Assembly (NCBI GenBank): GCA_963733295.1
Contig: CAVTCS010000003.1
Coordinates: 1,664,001-1,728,000 of the forward strand
Direction: 5' to 3'
Length of the DNA: 64,000 nucleotides
Source of the DNA: Vulcanimicrobiota bacterium
GTDB taxonomy: Bacteria > Vulcanimicrobiota > Vulcanimicrobiia > Vulcanimicrobiales > Vulcanimicrobiaceae
This document shows, one piece after another, positions 58,801-64,000 of this stretch. The notes under the pieces were generated by a model. It was not told the DNA's origin. It made no database searches and saw only the letters and a list, made by a program, of their open reading frames with translations. A program made the translations under genes and the position numbers. Each line of letters opens with the position of its first letter. Within the stretch, counting starts at the first letter, position 1.

Positions 58801-59046
58801 GCTGAACTGGCCGTTCGAGCCGGTCGTCGCATGGTACGTGCCGCTCGGAGCTACGACCGTCACCTTCGCGTTCGCGATCGGTGCTTTGGTCGACTGATCG
58901 ATGACTGATCCCGATAGATTACCGAACTGACCGCCTGCGGCCATGATCGGGCTGATCGACGTGCCCACGAGGGCAAAAACTAGCGCGACGAGGATGGAGG
59001 CGCGTGCCAGCCATCCTCGACGCTCACGCGTGAACGCCGTAGACAT
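55825..59046 (-). CDS. TonB-dependent receptor with N-terminal carboxypeptidase-regulatory-like domain
   Basis: AGGAGG SD and ATG 59046, signal peptide, plug (VPGV, IRGG, YQYDG, SGVINVIPKRG), EPRIGISY, C-terminal YYQLKL. Confidence 0.85.
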   Translation of the reverse strand: MSTAFTRERRGWLARASILVALVFALVGTSISPIMAAGGQFGNLSGSVIDQSTKAPIANAKVTVVAPSGTYHATTGSNGQFSILGMPVDTYLVTIEEPGYLPATFAGVTVVGDQTQGMGVIPLGKEKEIGHVTARSQAGAFQPTQTTDTFTVDQNRILQSTGKLATTNENNVLLAVPGVTLTNAGMPTIRGGASREVGYQYDGVSFTEPFLSNNGSNGLVNGLGSVQVVEGAGDATQGNVGSGVINVIPKRGTYPGFGFVDLEAGGPNFNHQFAFEEGLATANGAISDYIAYTGQRYAPYFGYSQQNAGSLGAYFQNQYTSNNQFTNNFIFKFGKNQAQSLQILYTNISQIQTGNLGGIPNGGLPYNAESNPNGLAYYPYDTLTQGGYYGLTGYTPAQYASLIGLAPGVPATNQTINQPQQNASLNTGFLKFEYDNNLNSTTFLALRYYNWAQYLDNDNSYSIGPGLSGISVQQHVGGPTTGMSLDVSHQFASNLLVSLNGKYEGQHPVWDDYQPQIGFFAVNQFTDAATQPNTSDWLPGGYIYNYFTSKGEAVPRIPMWGINYQKTLFQNYGMGVRFQYTPTAAMHIDAGVRYEGQNGHWFNQLDQYGQGIPSNTPGGPYSVLPSSWTSAFLNPTEWEPRIGISYQLNTTNSVRASYGRSAVFINAQTGGTPFNLYNLAPYTKIPAKPGATCFGAISGNAVPCAFYSQQLYWQGDAVEAPDAGGSEPALYNNYDLSFNHAFKNGWGSRVVGFFKIGSNLPAAGLIAQLPNGQDIFGTDNRGYNKTTGVEFDLTTPTKAVGLSGFFAATYQNVLSTTPPLSVNETNVPLLAPATLALGNLYRAGYVSPFSMRLGTTYKTASGFSATPVLQMDVGYPYTAGNLIAATCEGKNVNIQLVNFGCGSPQVNNGLYTTSGANLSTAYYDPAFPGTNFNPNIAGTRGVSQTPAYGGFLSAINLQAGLTLQYAIKSSTVGIQFVNLFGNGFINSVPAVNPYYQPVTTGVSGPQTSYNANCIPQSAGGFGSARGCSNIPHESYAYSNGAYILSNGSFTTAGGPLIAPLQPFAFQVYYQLKL

Positions 59047-59413
59047 AGATGTCCCTCCTAAAAGGGCGATGCGCCGCGGCTCAGCCGTTAATGCCGGCAA
59101 CGAGTTCGCGGCCGTGGATTTGGCGTCAGGTATGAACTGACGGACCGCAGTGTCCGCGATCGCCCTGCTCAACGTGTGCGTGGTCTTGCGGCCAGAACCC
59201 AAGTTCCCTGGACGATCGCCACGAGCGTTAGACAGGAAGATCAGCGAACCGAGACTGCGTCTCAGCATACTGTCTCCTCTTGATTCAGTTTTTTCCCGAG
59301 CGAAGTCGATACGTGTCGACTATCGCAATAGGCCGCTTCCTTCGCTCAATTGTTAATCCTCGCGTTTGTTTACCCGCTGTTTAGTCATTGAGCGAAAACG
59401 CGAAAAACGAGGG

Positions 59414-60028
59414 CTACTTGAGCGGCGAGCCGTCCAGCGCGAGGTTCAGTTCGAGGACGTTGACGCGCGGCTCGCCGAGAAAACCGAGTTCGCGGCCGTG
59501 AACGTACTTCGCGACGATCGCGTTGACCGCGTCGACGCTCATCTTGCGCGCCTTGGCGATGCGCGGCGCTTGGTAGTACGCACCCTCAGGCGAGATGTCG
59601 GGATCGATACCGCTCGCGCTGGAGGTCACGAGGTCCATCGGGATCGGCAACGTGGCGTCCGGATTCGCTTTGCGGAGCGCTTTGATCGCGTCGCTCGTCG
59701 CATCGATGAGCTTCTTCGAGGTGGGGCCGAGGTTGGTGCCGCCGGTCGCGGTGGGGTCGTAGCCGTTCTTGCCGGCCGCCGACGGGCGCCCTTGAAAATA
59801 CTGCGGCTTGGTCCACAACTGTCCGATGATGTCCGAGCCGACGACCTTTCCGTTGACCGTAAGCATCGAGCCGCCGGCTTGGCTTGGGAAGAGCGCGAGC
59901 GCGATGGCGGTCATCATCAGCGGATAGACGAGACCCAGCACCATCACCGACACCACCGTATAGGCCGCGGCCGTCCCCAGGTGCTTTAAGGTATTGTCGT
60001 GCGTCAGTGCCGGCGTTGGTGTCTCCAT
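59414..60028 (-). CDS. kdpC: K+-transporting ATPase subunit C
   Basis: GLVYPL, YFQGRPSA, DLVTSSASGIDPDIS, GEPRVNVLELNLALD. Confidence 0.95.
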   Translation of the reverse strand: METPTPALTHDNTLKHLGTAAAYTVVSVMVLGLVYPLMMTAIALALFPSQAGGSMLTVNGKVVGSDIIGQLWTKPQYFQGRPSAAGKNGYDPTATGGTNLGPTSKKLIDATSDAIKALRKANPDATLPIPMDLVTSSASGIDPDISPEGAYYQAPRIAKARKMSVDAVNAIVAKYVHGRELGFLGEPRVNVLELNLALDGSPLK

Positions 60029-60037
60029 ATCGATCCC

Positions 60038-62101
60038 TTAGGTGAGGTGCAGCGCGGTGAGAATCATGTCGACGATCTTGATCCCGACGAAGGGCACGAC
60101 GATCCCGCCGAAGCCGTAGATCAGGACGTTGTCGCGCAAAACGGCATTGGCGCCGCGCGGCATGTAACTCACGCCGCGCAGCGCGAGCGGGATGAGCGCG
60201 ATGATGATGAGCGCGTTGAAGATCACGGCCGAAAGGATCGCACTCTGCGCCGTGGAGAGACGCATGACGTTGAGCGCCTCCATCGGCGGGTAGGTTATCT
60301 TGAACATCGCCGGTAGAATCGCGAAGTATTTCGCAACGTCGTTGGCGATCGAGAACGTGGTCAAGGCTCCGCGCGTCATAAGCAACTGCTTGCCGATCTC
60401 GACCACTTCGATCAGTTTCGTCGGATCCGAATCGAGATCGACCATGTTGGCGGCTTCTTTGGCCGCCTGCGTTCCCGAATTCATGGCGACGCCGACATCC
60501 GCTTGAGCCAGCGCCGGCGCGTCGTTGGTACCGTCTCCCGTCATCGCGACGAGCCGGCCGGAACCCTGCTCGCGCTTGATGAGCGACATCTTGGTTTCGG
60601 GGGTCGCCTCGGCAAGAAAGTCGTCGACGCCCGCCTCGCGGGCGATCGCCGCAGCCGTGAGCGGGTTGTCGCCCGTGATCATGATCGTGCGAATGCCCAT
60701 CGCGCGCATGCGATCGAAGCGATTTTTCATGTTGGGCTTCAAGATATCTTTGAGGTGGATGACCGCCAGGATGGTCTTGTCGCGCGCCAGCAACAGCGGC
60801 GTTCCGCCCGAGCGCGCGATGCGCTCGACGTCGGCGCTGAGAACCAAGGCTCCGTCGCCGCCGCGTTCGCGTACCCAAGCGCGCACCGCGTCGGGCGCTC
60901 CCTTGCGGATCGCCTCGCCGTCGGCAAGGTCGAGGCCGCTCATACGCGTGTACGCGCTGAAGGGCACGAACTGCGCCCCTGGCCTGGGGTGACCGTTGCC
61001 GGCCGAAACGGCTTCTTGTTCGGTGAGGGCGACGATCGAGCGACCCTCGGGCGTTTCGTCGGGAAGCGAGGAAAGGTAGGCGGCGACGAAGGCGTCCTTC
61101 TTTGAGACGCCGTCCGCGAGGACGATCTCGCTCGCCTGGCGGTTGCCCAGCGTAATCGTCCCTGTCTTGTCCAGCAGCAAGGTGTCGACGTCGCCGGCCG
61201 CCTCGACGGCGCGGCCGCTCATGGCAAGCACGTTCCGCTGCAAGACGCGGTCCATGCCGGCGATGCCGATTGCGGAGAGGAGACCGCCGATCGTCGTCGG
61301 GATCAAGCAGACGAGGAGCGCCACGAGAACCGTCACGCTCTGAACCGTACCGGCATAGATCGAGAACGGCCCGAGCGTCACGACCGCGATGACGAAGATC
61401 AGGGTTAGGCCGGCGAGCAGGATCGAGAGCGCGATCTCGTTCGGCGTCTTTTGACGGCGCGCGCCTTCGACGAGCGAGATCATGCGGTCGAGGAACGTTT
61501 CGCCCGGGTTGGAGGTGATCCGGATAAGGATGTGGTCGGAAAGCACGCGCGTGCCGCCGGTGACGGCGGAACGATCGCCGCCTGCCTCGCGAATGACGGG
61601 AGCCGACTCGCCGGTGATCGCCGACTCGTCAACCGAAGCTGCGCCCTCGACGACTTCCCCGTCGCCGGCGATCAGCTCGCCGGCGTCGACGCGGATCAGA
61701 TCGCCCTTGCGTAACTCGTTCGCGGCGACGAGTTTTTCGTCGCCGTCGACGACGCGTCGCGCCTTGGTATCGGTTTTGGTGCGGCGCAAGAAATCGGCTT
61801 GCGCCTTGCCGCGACCCTCGGCGACGGCCTCGGCAAAGTTGGCGAAGACCACCGTGAACCACAGCCAAATGCTGATCGCGAAATCGAAGCCCGCGTTCTT
61901 CCCTCCCGCCGCGATAAGGTCGCGGAAAAGGAACAGCGTCGTGGCCACGGCTCCGACTTCGACGACGAACATGACCGGATTGCGCGCCTGCCAGCGCGGA
62001 TCGAGTTTGCGTAGCGAGTCGGCCACGGCTCGGCCAAGGATCGCCCGGTCGAACAGCGAGCGCTCTTGCGGGCGGCGCTCCAGCCGGCTTTGCGGAAGCA
62101 C
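60038..62101 (-). CDS. kdpB: K+-transporting ATPase subunit B
   Basis: [35 protein letters not shown]. Confidence 0.97.
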   Translation of the reverse strand: MLPQSRLERRPQERSLFDRAILGRAVADSLRKLDPRWQARNPVMFVVEVGAVATTLFLFRDLIAAGGKNAGFDFAISIWLWFTVVFANFAEAVAEGRGKAQADFLRRTKTDTKARRVVDGDEKLVAANELRKGDLIRVDAGELIAGDGEVVEGAASVDESAITGESAPVIREAGGDRSAVTGGTRVLSDHILIRITSNPGETFLDRMISLVEGARRQKTPNEIALSILLAGLTLIFVIAVVTLGPFSIYAGTVQSVTVLVALLVCLIPTTIGGLLSAIGIAGMDRVLQRNVLAMSGRAVEAAGDVDTLLLDKTGTITLGNRQASEIVLADGVSKKDAFVAAYLSSLPDETPEGRSIVALTEQEAVSAGNGHPRPGAQFVPFSAYTRMSGLDLADGEAIRKGAPDAVRAWVRERGGDGALVLSADVERIARSGGTPLLLARDKTILAVIHLKDILKPNMKNRFDRMRAMGIRTIMITGDNPLTAAAIAREAGVDDFLAEATPETKMSLIKREQGSGRLVAMTGDGTNDAPALAQADVGVAMNSGTQAAKEAANMVDLDSDPTKLIEVVEIGKQLLMTRGALTTFSIANDVAKYFAILPAMFKITYPPMEALNVMRLSTAQSAILSAVIFNALIIIALIPLALRGVSYMPRGANAVLRDNVLIYGFGGIVVPFVGIKIVDMILTALHLT

Positions 62102-62102
62102 T

Positions 62103-63803
62103 TTAGAACGTCTTTCCTTGCTGCAGCAAGAGCTGTTCGACGATCGGACCGAGCGAATCGGCCGGGAAGAACGTCAACGCACCGACGATGACGATCACGC
62201 CGATCAAAAGCACGACGAAGATCGGTGAGTAGGTCGTGAAGGTTCCGACGGTTTCCGGAACGCTGCGCTTTCCTGCGAGCGACCCGGCCAGAGCCAGCGA
62301 CGGGATGATGAACAGATAGCGTCCGCAGATCATCACGATGCCGGTCACGACGTTGTAGTACGTGTTGCCGCCGATCCCCGCGAAGGCGCTTCCGTTGTTC
62401 TCGGTCGTCGAACTGAACATGTACAGAATCTCCGAGAAGCCGTGCACCCCGTTGTTGCCGAGCGTCGCGAGGCCGGCCGGAAGCAGGACGGAGATCGCCG
62501 CGGGGACGAGCGCGAACGTCGGAAGTACGAGAATCGCGAGAATCGCGAGCTGGACCTCACGGCGCTCGATCTTCTTCCCCAGGTACTCCGGCGTGCGACC
62601 CACCATGAGGCCCGCGATGAAGACCGTCAACACCACGAAGACGATCATCCCGTAGAGACCGGTGCCGACGCCGCCGAAGATGACCTCGCCGATTTGCAGG
62701 TTGGCCATCGGCACGAGGCCGCCCAGCGGCGTGAATGAGTCGTGCATCGAGTTGACGGCGCCGCACGACGTGTCGGTCGTAACGGTCGCGAACAAGGACG
62801 ATGCCGCGACCCCGAAGCGGCACTCCTTGCCCTCGAGGTTTCCGCCGGCGACGCCAAGGTGCTGCACGAGCGGATTGCCTGCCGCTTCGGCCCAATACGC
62901 CGTGACGAACCCAACGATAAAGAGCACGCTCATCGTGGCGAACAGCGCCCAACCCTGCCGTCTATCTTTCGCGAAGCGGCCGTACGCGTACGTCAGGGCG
63001 GCCGGGATTAGGAAGATGCAGAGCATCTCGAGCAGATTGGAAAACGGGGTCGGATTTTCGTTCGGCGAGGACGAGTTGGCGTTGACGAAGCCGCCGCCGT
63101 TGGTGCCCAGCTCCTTGATGATCTCTTGCGAGGCCATCGGTCCGTGCGTGATCGACTGCTTCATGCCTTCGATCGACACCACGTCGGTATAGGGCTTGAA
63201 GTTTTGCGGAACGCCCTGCATGACGAGCAACAACCCGCCGAGGATACTGATCGGCAGCAAAACGTAAAGCAGACTCCGCGTCAAGTCGACCCAGAAGTTG
63301 CCGACGGCTTTGGAGTCGGTGCGGGTCACGCCGCGGATGACTGCGATCGCGACGGCGATGCCCAACCCGGCCGAGACGAAGTTGTGCCAGGCGAGGCCCG
63401 CCATCTGCGACAGATAGCTCATCGTGCTCTCGCCCGAGTAGAACTGCCAGTTCGTGTTCGTCGTGAAGCTGACCGCTGCGTTCCAGGCCGCGTCGGGCGC
63501 GAGGTTGTCGAAACCTTGCGGGTTGAGCGGAAGCCACTTCTGCGTGCGCAGTAAGACGTACAAATAGACGAGGGCGACGGCGCTGAACGCGAAGATCGCG
63601 AACAGGTAGTTCGTCGCATTCATCTCGCGCTGGGGATCGATGCGGCACACGCGGTAGAAGCCGCGCTCGACCGGTGCAAGCACCGGCGACAAGAACGTAC
63701 GCTCGCCGCTGAAGACGCGCGTCATGTAGAGACCCAGGGGCTTGGTCAGCGCGCAGACGAGCGCGAAAAACGCGATCGCCTGCAGCCACCCGTAAACCGA
63801 CAC
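62103..63803 (-). CDS. kdpA: K+-transporting ATPase subunit A
   Basis: [48 protein letters not shown] motif. Confidence 0.97.
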   Translation of the reverse strand: MSVYGWLQAIAFFALVCALTKPLGLYMTRVFSGERTFLSPVLAPVERGFYRVCRIDPQREMNATNYLFAIFAFSAVALVYLYVLLRTQKWLPLNPQGFDNLAPDAAWNAAVSFTTNTNWQFYSGESTMSYLSQMAGLAWHNFVSAGLGIAVAIAVIRGVTRTDSKAVGNFWVDLTRSLLYVLLPISILGGLLLVMQGVPQNFKPYTDVVSIEGMKQSITHGPMASQEIIKELGTNGGGFVNANSSSPNENPTPFSNLLEMLCIFLIPAALTYAYGRFAKDRRQGWALFATMSVLFIVGFVTAYWAEAAGNPLVQHLGVAGGNLEGKECRFGVAASSLFATVTTDTSCGAVNSMHDSFTPLGGLVPMANLQIGEVIFGGVGTGLYGMIVFVVLTVFIAGLMVGRTPEYLGKKIERREVQLAILAILVLPTFALVPAAISVLLPAGLATLGNNGVHGFSEILYMFSSTTENNGSAFAGIGGNTYYNVVTGIVMICGRYLFIIPSLALAGSLAGKRSVPETVGTFTTYSPIFVVLLIGVIVIVGALTFFPADSLGPIVEQLLLQQGKTF

Positions 63804-63815
63804 GGTGAGGGCTCC

Positions 63816-63902
63816 TTAAAATTTTTCGGGACGCAGCATCGCGTACGTAAGATAGACGACGGCGAGCACGGCCAACACGAGGCCTAAGACGTTATCGAAC
63901 AC
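63816..63902 (-). CDS. kdpF: K+-transporting ATPase subunit F
   Basis: MFDNVLGLVLAVLAVVYLTYAMLRPEKF, 28 aa, immediately upstream of kdpA. Confidence 0.9.
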   Translation of the reverse strand: MFDNVLGLVLAVLAVVYLTYAMLRPEKF

Positions 63903-63918
63903 GCTCGTAACCAGCGCA

Positions 63919-64000
63919 CTATATCCGCTCGCAAGCGCGAGCGAACAGATCGAACAAGACGAAGCTCAGCAACGTCAGCGCGATGACCAGGATCTCGAGA
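63919..64000 (-). CDS. Small hydrophobic kdp-associated peptide, 5'-truncated by window edge
   Basis: ...LEILVIALTLLSFVLFDLFARACERI-stop, 16 nt before kdpF. Confidence 0.65.
   Translation of the reverse strand, partial: LEILVIALTLLSFVLFDLFARACERI

Overview
High-GC bacterial chromosomal window of about 55 genes. The gene repertoire (Pro/Ser-rich lipoproteins, carboxypeptidase-regulatory-domain TonB receptor, GAF-GGDEF-STAND-TPR and TPR-LuxR proteins) suggests Eremiobacterota/Vulcanimicrobiota, but this is inference only. Contents in order: glyoxylate genes (hyi, glxR); two CPA1 Na+/H+ antiporters; a DsbA/FrnE-like gene whose active-site codon is an in-frame TGA followed by a SECIS-like hairpin (probable selenoprotein, missed by the ORF track); a putative exopolysaccharide operon (nucleotide-sugar dehydrogenase, epimerase, YaiO barrel, HEAT protein, GT2) coupled to a TsdA-like diheme cytochrome; ppk2; mscL; rsgA with an Arg-rich leader uORF; a TPR-LuxR regulator surrounded by paralogous lipoproteins; pimFCD-like beta-oxidation genes; DNA-repair genes; tmRNA with a non-canonical T-loop next to a small AT-richer islet; frameshifted uvrC; tRNA-Pro(CGG); two trkA genes; and an unusual potassium locus. 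That locus has kdpFABC, a TonB-dependent receptor with a structured leader, a tandem-duplicated soluble KdpD and a separate membrane kinase paired with a NarL-type regulator. A MITE-like inverted repeat lies at 510-672. All protein-family calls come from motif recognition by eye; no database searches were run.
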